A stretch of 64,000 nt of DNA. Origin: an uncultured Nitrososphaeraceae archaeon. GTDB taxonomy: Archaea; Thermoproteota; Nitrososphaeria; Nitrososphaerales; Nitrososphaeraceae. Below are positions 21,261-31,514 of the stretch, piece by piece; the first letter of the stretch is position 1, and the number at the start of each line of letters is the position of its first letter. The stretch covers positions 1 to 64,000 of the forward strand of contig CAVSMN010000007.1 of NCBI GenBank assembly GCA_963729045.1. The letters are read 5' to 3'. The notes under the pieces are model-generated. The model made no database searches. It was not told the DNA's origin and worked only from the letters and a program-made list of their open reading frames with translations. The translations under genes were made by a program, and so were the position numbers.

Positions 21261-22498
21261 ATGACAAAATTTTTGAATAACGATAATATTGCAAATTTTT
21301 TAACCCTAAGATACGATCCTACCATAAATAATTTATTTGATCCATTAAAAAGGGAGAATTTTGCGGAAAATATCATCTGAAAATATTGAAGAGAAAATAT
21401 CTGAGATAGTTAAAAGGGATTTAGAACTAAAACTATTGGATAAAAAAGTTTCAAGGATCTCACTTGCTTTATCTGGGGGCATAGATTCCGGATTTACCCT
21501 TGTAATGATAAGGAAATTATTTCCAGACTTAGATATCGATTCTATTTGTGTTGGGTTTGGGGATGACGATGATGAAATTACTAGAGCAAAGGTTATTGCT
21601 GAAAAATATGATTGCAATTTTCACGAATTAATAGTGCATAACGTATTAGAGGATCTTCCAAAGCTCGTATCTGTAGCAGGAGAGCCTAGATGGAATCTCT
21701 ATCAATATTACGCATTAGAAGAATCTAAAAAATATTCAAATATTTTTTTTTCAGGAGATGGGGGTGATGAAACTTTCGCAGGATATACATTTCGTTATAA
21801 AAAATTTTTACAGAATATAGAAAACATTACAAATCATACATGGCTAGAAAAATCAAAAATATATCTTTCATGTCATGAACGTGATTGGGTTCCGAATCAG
21901 AGATCAATTGTTTAATAAGAAATTAGAATTTTCATGGGTAAAAATTTACGAAAACTTTAAACCTTATTTTGATAACGATCTCCATCCCATAAATCAAGTA
22001 CTCTTAGCCGACTTTAATGGTAAATTATTACATGATTGGATACCGTCTAATCATAAATTCGGTAAGTATTTGAATATAGATATAAACTCCTTATTCTTAA
22101 ATCCTCAATTGATAACCTTATCAGCAAATATACCTTGGAATTTGAAGTATGACTATAAAAGAGATATTGGCAAACTTCCGCTATTATCTATTTTAAACAA
22201 ATATTCTGGGTTCGATAAATTCGAAGGTAATAAGAAGGGGTTTTCATTAAATCTGCTGAATATGTGGAAAAATTATGGGAGAGAAATAATCATGACTTAT
22301 CTTAATAACGACTCTGATTCAGTGAAGGAAAATATCATCAATCTGCACTGGATAGTGGATTCTATAAAGTTAATTGATGATGAAATTAATAAAGAACTAA
22401 AAATTCGGTACATAAGCAAATTACTATCGGTCTTGTCTTTCGAGATTTGGTACAGGATTTTCGTAACTGGTACATTAAGCGCAAATACAAAATTATAG
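21261..22498 (+). CDS. Asparagine-synthase C-terminal (ATP-pyrophosphatase) domain protein; frameshifts near 21365 and 21900
   Basis: LSGGIDS, SGDGGDETFAGY, KKGF and FEIWYR; short N-terminal piece MTKFLNND...LTLRYDP from ATG 21261. Confidence 0.8.
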
Positions 22499-22722
22499 AT
22501 TGTTCAAAATTTTTTGAGTATTTAAATAATTTGATAATCTCTACTTACATGTTGCGATTGGGTTTGGTTCAATTTGTATGATATATGTATCTAATTAATA
22601 ATTGATATGAAATTTACAAAATTACTGAAACCATAGATTCAGCAAAGTTTCTAAATGAGAAAATTAGTATATAATTAATTCTAATAGTAAGACTAAATTA
22701 GATAACTTTTTTTATATAATAC

Positions 22723-23193
22723 ATGAAGCAGAAACTTTCAAAGGGATTTATAAGGCGTCGATGGTTGGATTTTAGGAACGGACATAGTATCTATCTTGCA
22801 TTTCTATTGACATTTATTAATTTTATTTTGATATCCTATAATTTCTTGATTAAACAATTGCCATTTGGAATTGGGGATTCCATGACTCTTCCATCATTTA
22901 TCCTATTATTCGTTCTTATTTACATACCAACAGCAATTACTTTAGGGGTCTGGCATCGAAAACATCAATATTCTGTTGAAAATGAAGCATTGCTTAGACA
23001 GAACTGGATGTGGGCTTGGATAAGTCAATATCAGATTCGATTAATTAAGGGTAAGACCAATCCAAAAGAAGACGAATATATTATTAATTATTTGAATGAT
23101 ATACTGGTACGGACAAATAAAAGCGAATTATTGGGAGATGATCATGGTGTTAGTCCATTAACTAAAGAGGAAAAACATGATGATAAAAAATAA
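22723..23193 (+). CDS. Two-TM membrane protein of unknown function
   Basis: RRRWLDFRNGHSIYL followed by two hydrophobic helices; clean ATG ORF. Confidence 0.75.
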   Translation: MKQKLSKGFIRRRWLDFRNGHSIYLAFLLTFINFILISYNFLIKQLPFGIGDSMTLPSFILLFVLIYIPTAITLGVWHRKHQYSVENEALLRQNWMWAWISQYQIRLIKGKTNPKEDEYIINYLNDILVRTNKSELLGDDHGVSPLTKEEKHDDKK

Positions 23194-23315
23194 TATTTAT
23201 GTGATTGTGTTAAAGATATCATTTTCAATCAATCAAGTTTTTTAGTCAAAATTCTAAAACAAAAGTCTGACTAAACTATGCCGACTTACTATTTATTTGA
23301 ACTTCCAAATAGAAT

Positions 23316-23996
23316 CTAGTTTTCTCTTGATATGACACCATGATATGCCCTTCGCACCCCAGGTATCTTAATCAAAATCTTTTTTAGCGCAATAGTCGAG
23401 GGGGTTTTACTATGTTTTCTCAAGATCCTTAGATCTTTTTTAAAATCACTAATAATCTGTGTCTCTAACGAAATTATACAAATCAAGGATATATCATCTT
23501 TGATAAAAAATGTAAATCCTAATTCCATTAATTCCTCTTTTGACCAAACTGATCTATGAGTTTCATAAATATTACCAAATGCATCTTCTTGAGGACTAGG
23601 TTTTTTTGGAGTACTAATAATAATCCCACTATTTTTTTTTAGCAGGGTTTTTACCAACTCTTTACCTTGATCTTTTTCAAAATGTTCTAGTACATCAATA
23701 AGTAGAACTAAGTCATAGCGAATCTTCAATTTTTGCACAATGTCTAATATGTTCTCATTGTAGATATTGTCATATACATACCTGTGTAACGGAGAAATAT
23801 ACTGTTGAAACACTTCTACACCGTCGATCCTTCTATTGAATTCATACTTCTGTCTTCCATCCCATAATTCTAAATATTCTCTACATAATACTCCAAATTT
23901 TCCGAATCCGCTTCCTATATCAAGAACTGATTTAGGATTTAAAGATATTATCATTTCCATTAATTTGGAGATATGATAATACTGGCTTGATGGCAT
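23316..23996 (-). CDS. Class I SAM-dependent methyltransferase
   Basis: VLDIGSGFGKFG, YDLVLLIDVLEHF and IISTP motifs. Confidence 0.9.
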   Translation of the reverse strand: MPSSQYYHISKLMEMIISLNPKSVLDIGSGFGKFGVLCREYLELWDGRQKYEFNRRIDGVEVFQQYISPLHRYVYDNIYNENILDIVQKLKIRYDLVLLIDVLEHFEKDQGKELVKTLLKKNSGIIISTPKKPSPQEDAFGNIYETHRSVWSKEELMELGFTFFIKDDISLICIISLETQIISDFKKDLRILRKHSKTPSTIALKKILIKIPGVRRAYHGVISREN

Positions 23997-24125
23997 AGTA
24001 ATCTATCTTAAGTTGTTATCCTTAAAAGTTTCCCAACAGATTGATTTTGGCAGACTTTAAATTTCCAAGGATTTTTAAATAAAAATATTCAACGGTTCTA
24101 GTAAAAGTATTAGGTTGGTTATTCA

Positions 24126-25233
24126 ATCTCTTGCGTAATTAGAACTGGCTAGCTCCCTCTCCTATCCATTATCGTCCAACTAGCCTAACGGATTCATCAT
24201 CCTATAGTTTACCAGTCAAGATACTATGTCCGATGTATTATCGTACTTTCTTAATCTATTCCTAAACACATCATTTATCATCCTGTACTTTTTTATCCTG
24301 CAGATGGTATGTTCAACTATTATCCTTCTTTTATAGATTTTTGTTGTATTCCTTTTCCTTTTCCTCTTCTGTTAGATCCTTTTGATTCTTTTCTTTCTTT
24401 CTTATCGGTAAAGAGGTTTTGTTTTGGAGAGTCTTTTTGTACTCCCAGCCCAGGAATCCTAGATCAAATGTATTAATAACATCTTTTGGGATAACAGGAT
24501 GATTCTTCTTGTATATTTTGTAATCATGTCTCCTACCTACCTACCTAACTACCTGCTTATGTTTTGATTTGTAGATTAAGACCGAGTTCATTTATTGCGT
24601 ATAGATTCTTTACTGTATGTTTTTTCTTCTTGCCAGAGTAGTATATCTTTCTTCTCATCCTGTCCTTTGGTCTTGGTATTTCTTGCTCTGTACAGTCTAA
24701 AAGCCATAAAGCCTGGAAAGTACTGCTCAACTTCCTCCTCTGGTCTGTTCAATCTTTTGGTCATCTGATAGTTTTTGAAGAATGGGTACACTATCTTATC
24801 AAGCCATCAATCTTTTGAATGTCTCTACATACGTTGCTCTGGTTTAAATCAAACAGGTATCCGGTCAAAGTCAAGGTCAAGGTCGAGGTATAGGTTATGT
24901 ATAGTTATAGTAAACCAAAATCATAACAAACCTGTTTTTTATGTCTAGTTTAAACCGCCTTCCTCCTGCTCCTCACTGCCTCTCTCTTTCTCTATCTATC
25001 TTTCTCTATCTTTTCTACGAGACAGAAGACGTTTTATCATGTTTGGTATTTTGATTCTATCGTTTGATAGATGTCATCAAACTGTTTGATTAAAAGACCA
25101 GTGAACGATTTGAAAAGTAAGTAATGGTTTTGTGGATAACCTTTCACATCATACGATAGTAAAGGAAGAAAGAGACGAGGCTTATCTAAAAGATATAAGG
25201 ACATAAAGTTGTTTGGCTAACTACGTAAGATCT
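24126..25233 (-). mobile_element. Decayed IS5-like (DDE_Tnp_4-type) insertion sequence
   Basis: Left IR atctcttgcgtaattag at 24126-24142 and an imperfect inverted copy at 25217-25233 enclose transposase remnants. Confidence 0.8.
24180..25165 (-). pseudogene. Transposase pseudogene
   Basis: Minus-strand fragments FKSFTGL, GGRRFKLDIKNRFVM, YSGKKKKHTVKN, DLGFLG and RRIIVEHTICRIKKY, with many stops and frameshifts. Confidence 0.85.
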
Positions 25234-25707
25234 GATTAACTCAATCTTGTAAGATAATTAGGAATTTTAATAAAAACCAGTAAGAATTATGACATCGTAT
25301 TAAATATCGGTCAAATGATTATAAAACATCAACCTAATTTTTTGATATTATAAAAACCCTGCAACTAATGCAGATTCCCTTTTATCTTTTATCTTTTATA
25401 ACTTGGTTAACATATTATCTAATATATAGTGCACAATCGGGTGATTGGATTGAATTTTATTATCGGTAGTAGGAAAATTTTGCATATATGAGAAAGATTA
25501 ACCTGTGTCACTTGAGACACATTCATTTAATTAATTTTCCTTAATATATCTATACCACATTCCCTTTATATGTAATTAAACGGTCAACAACATATTCAAC
25601 CTCATCTGCAATACAAATATCGTTTGATTTTTCTTCTTGTATTATCTTTAAAATAATTTAGAGAAATTGCGATATATTCATGCATCTTTTCATAAAAACT
25701 GTTTGGA

Positions 25708-25724
25708 CTAATTACGCAAGAGAT
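25708..25724. repeat. Perfect 17-bp inverted copy of the IS left end
   Basis: ctaattacgcaagagat is the exact reverse complement of 24126-24142. Confidence 0.9.
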
Positions 25725-26096
25725 CTATTGACTATGTCTCTTTATCTTTCTGTACAATTAGTGATTTACATACATTGTGTGTTGGATAATGTATTGCAAT
25801 AACAAGTTCCTATTTCGCTTCAATAATCTTATTGTTTTAGTTCCTAAATTATTGGTTTAATGGCTTAAATAGATTATTATATTTTTATGAATGATCTATT
25901 GGTTGACAATATTGTATCTGGATTTGAATGGCTAATTATCCATTAAAATTGATACAGAGATAAAAAATATAATCCTATTCCTAATTATTTGACAGAAATA
26001 TTGAAAGGGATTATGCGTAAATTGAACTACTTAGATGGGCGAGATATTTTTCAACAACTAAATTAGAAAAATTCGACGAGCTGATGTAATTCCTTA

Positions 26097-27138
26097 CTAT
26101 AGTGCATTTACTAATCTCCTCATTTTTTCAAAGTCGATTTCAAAACCAAACCTCTTTTCATCCTTCTTCATGTTCTTGTACATGCTCAATAATAAATTAA
26201 AATGCTTCACAGTACTTAATTTCCCGTCCATTTTGAGTCTTACAATTCGATAAACATCATAGTAATAGTTGAATTTCTTTAGAATTTTTTCCCTATATTG
26301 TTTATGGTCAAATTTCACCTTTTTGTTTTTGTTGTCCTCCATCACTTGCAAAAATATTTCACAGCTTAACAATGATGGGATAATGCCTTCACCAAGCATT
26401 GGAAACACCGTACCTATAGATTCTCCTACGCCTATGATTTTTCCGTCGTAAAAAGGTTCCATCAGTTTGGGTGGCGATAGTCGTATGGGCCTGCCAATTT
26501 TTTTGATTATTCGTGCATCCGGATGAGTGTCTAAGAATTCTTTTACCCCGTGATATTTCCTGTCAATATCTCCTGCCCCCATAAAACCCGCGCCTTTACT
26601 TAAAGGAAAGTACCAAAAGTACCCTCTCGCACCCTTATATCCAATAACATGGAATTCATCAATATCTTGAATGTTTTCAACCATATACTCATACGCTGGA
26701 ATCACAAAATCTTCTCGGGGTTTAGGTAGAAATTTCCTGTGGAAACCTGTACAATCTAAAACATAATCATATTTATCTATAGGGAAACGTCTTTTTATCA
26801 CAGTTAATACCATACTCTACCGTGATACCAGCGAGCAAATCACTCTCCCATTGTTTCTTATTGTAGGTAACTAGTCCATCTAAATCAAGAAACTCCTCTT
26901 TTTGATTGGGCAATCCCATTCTTAGTCTTTTTCCTACATGAAAAACATAATTATCAAAATTAAGCCCTGCCTTATTAGAGAAGTACTCTAACATATGCCT
27001 TGACGCTCCCCATGCACATACCGGCCAGTGCATTTCTTTCTTATTTGATTCAAAGATAGTTATTTCGTGGCCAATTTTATGTAACATCCCGCCTAGATAA
27101 CTTCCTGCTACGCCGGCTCCAATCACAGCTATCTTCAA
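26097..27138 (-). CDS. Geranylgeranyl-reductase-like FAD-dependent oxidoreductase; frameshift near 26780
   Basis: KIAVIGAGVAG, GYFWYFP and VGESIGTVFPMLGEGI motifs. Confidence 0.8.
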
Positions 27139-27346
27139 TTGATATAGTTAGGCTCGTAATAATATTAATATTTGTATACCCTTAGATGAAATATGTACCC
27201 GAGTGATCGATTATATATAACGATTTATTACAAAAAAAGTTCTAATCAATCTGATTATTATTTATTTATATCTGATAGAAAGTAATCTTGAGTTACGTAA
27301 AAACAACAGTTTCCCATATATATTATACAATTGATTGTTTGTTTGA

Positions 27347-28219
27347 ATGAATAACAAAATATATCTCATGGCGGCATTAATTGCATTTGCATCTGTTGGT
27401 GCTTTGTTAATACAACCAACTGTAGCATCAGCACAAAGCAGCATGATAGACAATATTTTGAACAGTGCTCTCCCCTCCTCTGATACTAATGATAATAATC
27501 AACCATCACAAGAAAATAGCAGCAGCAGCAGCAGCGCAGTCCCATTAAGCACCAGCTTATCTTGTGGTCAAGTTATTAAACAAAGTGTAAAACTGACAGC
27601 CAACCTTGATTGTAAGACTGATGGCATAATTGTAGGTGCTGATGGTATTACAATCGATTTGAATGGATTTACATTAAGTGGTCCAGGAGAAAAGAGTTCT
27701 AAGGTCGGAATCATGTTTGCAGACAACGATGGCGTAACTGTTCAAGGTCCAGGAACAATTAAGAGCTTCCAAGCAGGTGCATTATTCTCAGGTGGAGAAG
27801 ACAACAAAATTTCAAGAGTCACATTCACAGAAAATGAAATCGCAGTATTTGAAACAGGATCAAAGAACGTAGTAATTGAAGACAATCTAATGTTTGGAAA
27901 CAGCATTGGTGTAGCAGCTCACTCCTCATCAGGCTCACAGTTAACCACAAACCTATTCAAAGCAAATGACTTGGCAGGTGTGACATTAGTTAACTCCGCA
28001 AGCAATGAGTTATCAATGAATACAATCCAAGGGTCTGTTAACGGTATCTTCCTAGATGGCCAAAGCACAAAGAACAACGTGAATTCAAATAACGTATTGC
28101 AAAACCGTGGTGTAGATTTGAATAACGGTAACGGTCTACCAACAAACATAAATGACAACGTGTTCAGCGACAATAACTGTAATACATCTGTCCCAGACGG
28201 TTTATGTTTGGGTAGATAA
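27347..28219 (+). CDS. Secreted right-handed beta-helix repeat protein
   Basis: Signal peptide, CGQVI...LTANLDC...ITIDLNG cap and Asn-ladder repeats. Confidence 0.85.
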   Translation: MNNKIYLMAALIAFASVGALLIQPTVASAQSSMIDNILNSALPSSDTNDNNQPSQENSSSSSSAVPLSTSLSCGQVIKQSVKLTANLDCKTDGIIVGADGITIDLNGFTLSGPGEKSSKVGIMFADNDGVTVQGPGTIKSFQAGALFSGGEDNKISRVTFTENEIAVFETGSKNVVIEDNLMFGNSIGVAAHSSSGSQLTTNLFKANDLAGVTLVNSASNELSMNTIQGSVNGIFLDGQSTKNNVNSNNVLQNRGVDLNNGNGLPTNINDNVFSDNNCNTSVPDGLCLGR

Positions 28220-28330
28220 ACCTCCCTTTTTCTTTTTAAATAGGACGATATCTAAAATTTCATTTTCAATTTAAAAATCAATCAGCATTTTAGAAATATA
28301 TTTATTTTATCGCAGATTAACAGACTTGTT

Positions 28331-29251
28331 ATGAATATTAACCCTCCCCTTGACAGAGTCGCTTTTGTTTCCCTATCTTTTATCATCGTACCAATCTTTA
28401 TTCTGGCATTTTCGAGTCCCCAATTGACTTCAGAAATTTACATACATGGCCAAGAAACGAATTCTTCTAATAATGATGAATTCTTATTAAACATCAATCA
28501 AACTTATCTATCTTTAATTCCCTTAATGATCGAGGAAGTTCAAAACACCAACGCCAGCGATATTCCTATCAAACAAATAATGGAGGCTACTCCTTCCAAC
28601 GCAACAGCCCTCCAAGATATTGTCAAAAATAATTCTAATAAAACTGCTCAAAACAATGACAGTGCTACTTTAAACAATGCTACTGTCAACAACAGCAACC
28701 CAGCTAGACCTCAGGATCTCATTCCAGTCGTTGTTAATATGACTCAAAACACCAACGCCAGCGATATTCCTATCAAAAATGTAATTAATACTGTTCCTTC
28801 CAACGCAACAGCCCTCCAAGATATTGTCAAAAATAATTCTAATAAAACTGCTCAAAACAATGACAGTGCTACTTTAAACAATGCTACTGTCAACAACAGC
28901 AACCCAGCTAGACCTCAGGATCTCATTCCAGTCGTTGTTAATATGACTCAAAACACCAACGCCAGCGATATTCCTATCAAAAATGTAATTAATACTGTTC
29001 CTTCCAACGCAACAGCCCTCCAAGATATTGTCAAAAATAATTCTAATAAAACTGCTCAAAACAATGACAGTGCTACTTTAAACAATGCTACTGTCAACAA
29101 CAGCAACCCAGCTAGACCTCAGGATCTCATTCCAGTCGTTGTTAATATGACTCAAAACACCAACGCCAGCGACTTGGGATTTATGCGAATTATTAATGCA
29201 TTACCAGGATACGATACCTCTGAATCAAATAATACGAATTTCCTAAAATGA
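28331..29251 (+). CDS. Membrane-anchored or exported Asn-rich protein with 68-aa repeats
   Basis: N-terminal hydrophobic helix followed by three tandem 68-aa repeats. Confidence 0.8.
   Translation: MNINPPLDRVAFVSLSFIIVPIFILAFSSPQLTSEIYIHGQETNSSNNDEFLLNINQTYLSLIPLMIEEVQNTNASDIPIKQIMEATPSNATALQDIVKNNSNKTAQNNDSATLNNATVNNSNPARPQDLIPVVVNMTQNTNASDIPIKNVINTVPSNATALQDIVKNNSNKTAQNNDSATLNNATVNNSNPARPQDLIPVVVNMTQNTNASDIPIKNVINTVPSNATALQDIVKNNSNKTAQNNDSATLNNATVNNSNPARPQDLIPVVVNMTQNTNASDLGFMRIINALPGYDTSESNNTNFLK
28541..29172 (+). repeat. 204-bp tandem repeat, 3 copies plus a partial
   Basis: caaaacaccaacgccagcga at 28541, 28745, 28949 and 29153. Confidence 0.95.
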
Positions 29252-29293
29252 TATTACATATGAGAATTTGAAATAATGATCAAATGATATATT

Positions 29294-29473
29294 TTATATC
29301 TGACCATTTACCGAATTGTCTGTGTAGGCATCCATAATTCGATACCTTATATACTTGTCATCAAGGGAAAATTTCGGAGGATGTGGATCATTAGTCTCAG
29401 ACTTACAAATTGGACATTTATCTTTTAACGTATATTGCTTGCACAATCTACAAATTCTAATCCGGTGTTTCAT
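29294..29473 (-). CDS. nop10: H/ACA RNP protein Nop10 (59 aa, not in the ORF track)
   Basis: Manual translation MKHRIRICRLCKQYTLKDKCPICKSETNDPHPPKFSLDDKYIRYRI...; lies directly downstream of aIF2-alpha, its usual archaeal position. Confidence 0.95.
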   Translation of the reverse strand: MKHRIRICRLCKQYTLKDKCPICKSETNDPHPPKFSLDDKYIRYRIMDAYTDNSVNGQI

Positions 29474-29487
29474 AGCTATTCGATTGG

Positions 29488-30297
29488 TTAAATGTTTGTA
29501 TGAGTTTTCTTTGATTCTTCCCTTGTAAATTTAAAAGTACCCGAATTTTTTTCTATATTCGTCTTTATTTTTTCTATAGCATGATTGAGTGCTTTCTCGG
29601 CAATTTTAAAATTTTCCGCTGTAACTGTGATCCTGTATTTTGGGGCACCTATATAGGTTATATCTATTTTAGAATTATTTTTGGATCCATCTACAGATCC
29701 TAAAATATTCTTGATGGTGTCGATACCGTCACCCTTCCTTACAGTAATATCTAAAACTGCCCTGACTTCAATATGTGGGATCTGAATCTTCTTACTTTCT
29801 AGTTCTATTGCATCAATGACTTCTGGTTTTAAATCAAGAGTAGATAATACTTCAGGCCCTTTAATGGCTACTGCTTCAAATGCATCATAGATGAAATCAT
29901 ATTTCTGACTTATTTTTTCTTCAATCTCTCTTATACTATTTTGATCATAGCCTAGATTAGTCTTTATAACGTCCATAAAATTAGCGCCCTTTTCGTCTTT
30001 TTTTACTTCCATAACTTTCGCCTTCTTTTCTTCGCCAGTAACCTGCTTTAACGAAAGGTCTACCTCTGACCTTATTGGATTAACTCTGATTACCTTGAGG
30101 ACTGTTTTTTGCTTAGCCTTTACATACCTCTCAATATTTCTGATCCAGCCCGTAGCAATTTCTGATATATGTAAAAACGCAGTAAGATTGTCATACTCGT
30201 CAAGGGTTACATATGCTCCATGACCCGTAACTTCTTTGATTGTAACTATAACTATTTCTCCCAAATCGGGGAGTTTTTTGGTTTCTGAAATACTCAC
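29488..30297 (-). CDS. eif2a: Translation initiation factor 2 alpha subunit
   Basis: S1 domain GAYVTLDEY...LHISEIATGWIRNI; YIGAPKYRI. Confidence 0.96.
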   Translation of the reverse strand: MSISETKKLPDLGEIVIVTIKEVTGHGAYVTLDEYDNLTAFLHISEIATGWIRNIERYVKAKQKTVLKVIRVNPIRSEVDLSLKQVTGEEKKAKVMEVKKDEKGANFMDVIKTNLGYDQNSIREIEEKISQKYDFIYDAFEAVAIKGPEVLSTLDLKPEVIDAIELESKKIQIPHIEVRAVLDITVRKGDGIDTIKNILGSVDGSKNNSKIDITYIGAPKYRITVTAENFKIAEKALNHAIEKIKTNIEKNSGTFKFTREESKKTHTNI

Positions 30298-30346
30298 TAT
30301 GTTTAAACCAATTTGTTAGATTAATTAATTTTGCTTTTATGAACTT

Positions 30347-30877
30347 CTAATAATCAATGCCTTTTTTCGCCTTAATCCCTTTTTTATATGGGTGTTTGAT
30401 TTCTTTCATTTCCGTAACCAAATCAGCAATCTGAAGTATGTTGTCCGTCAAGTGGTTCCCAGTCAATATTACAGTTACATCAGGTGGTTTTGAATCTAAG
30501 AGTGAAATAATTTCTTTTTCTTCTACTAATCCAAGCTTCAAAGCATAATTAATTTCGTCTAATATGACAATACTATATTTTCCAGAATCTATTTTCTCCT
30601 TAGCGATTGCCAAAGCATTTTTTGATGATTCTACATGCTCCATAAAATCATGATCATCGTCTATTATACCAACGAATCCTTTTCCTGTTATTACTAATTC
30701 AAAATTTGGTTTTAATCTGTTTGAGCTATATATTTCTCCGTAATTCCACTCTCCCTTTATGAACTGAATCATACAGACATTCAATTCGTATCCTATTGCT
30801 CTTAAGGCAACACCTAAAGCTGCAGTAGTCTTACCTTTTCCCTTACCATAATATACAATTATTAATCCTTTATCCAT
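30347..30877 (-). CDS. cobO: Cob(I)alamin adenosyltransferase (CobA/CobO/BtuR)
   Basis: YYGKGKGKTTAALG, ILDEINYA and ADLVTEMKEIKHPY...GIDY motifs. Confidence 0.95.
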   Translation of the reverse strand: MDKGLIIVYYGKGKGKTTAALGVALRAIGYELNVCMIQFIKGEWNYGEIYSSNRLKPNFELVITGKGFVGIIDDDHDFMEHVESSKNALAIAKEKIDSGKYSIVILDEINYALKLGLVEEKEIISLLDSKPPDVTVILTGNHLTDNILQIADLVTEMKEIKHPYKKGIKAKKGIDY

Positions 30878-31140
30878 AGTCGTCTCCCATAGTGTTGATT
30901 CAAGTTTACTCGATATCTCTATTTATTATGTTCATCCAATGCAAATGACATCTAATGACCCCTGGTTTGACTATGACGTCGTATGTATTTCACCATATCA
31001 TTAAAATTCATTTTCAAGCCCTACATGGCCGTTGTATAAGTAGGAAAATTATGGACGGGAAGAATCGAATTCAAAAAAATTGGCCGATCGCAATTGATTT
31101 AAATTAACTCTACCACTTATTGGTTTTATAATTATAACCT

Positions 31141-31510
31141 ATGTTCCAGTTAACGCCAAGCGAGATTAAGTTTACCATAGAAAATGACTTTTGCAGATTA
31201 GTAACTTCTTTTAAAGATAAACCTCACGTAGTACCCGTTTCACACATCTACAAAGACAATTTTTTTTATATTTCAACCGATTAAAAAGCAAAAAATTATT
31301 CAACATTAAGAAAAATCCTAACGTCAGTTTAACTGTGGATATTTACATACCAAATTTGAAGTAGGGGTTCACTGTAAATGGGTAGTCAGAATAGTCAAAA
31401 ATGATCAAATATATGACAAAATTTATCTGCTTTTTTATAGCAAGTTTGAGTGGGTTCGAAATGATCCGTGGAATGAAGGGGAGTCTCCTTTTTTAGAAAT
31501 AAAACTTTAA
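31141..31510 (+). pseudogene. Pyridoxamine-5'-phosphate-oxidase-like (FMN/F420 split-barrel) pseudogene
   Basis: Manual translation CRLVTSFKDKPHVVPVSH...YISTD*, KLFNIKKNPNVSLTVD...K*, ...KFEWVRNDPWNEGESPFLEIKL*; in-frame stops at 31282 and 31362 plus frame changes. Confidence 0.8.
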
Positions 31511-31514
31511 ACAA

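Noticed and set aside
21261..22498. Lasso-peptide cyclase
   Set aside because: No B1/B2 (RRE or peptidase) genes or precursor peptide were seen; the context is glycosyltransferases.
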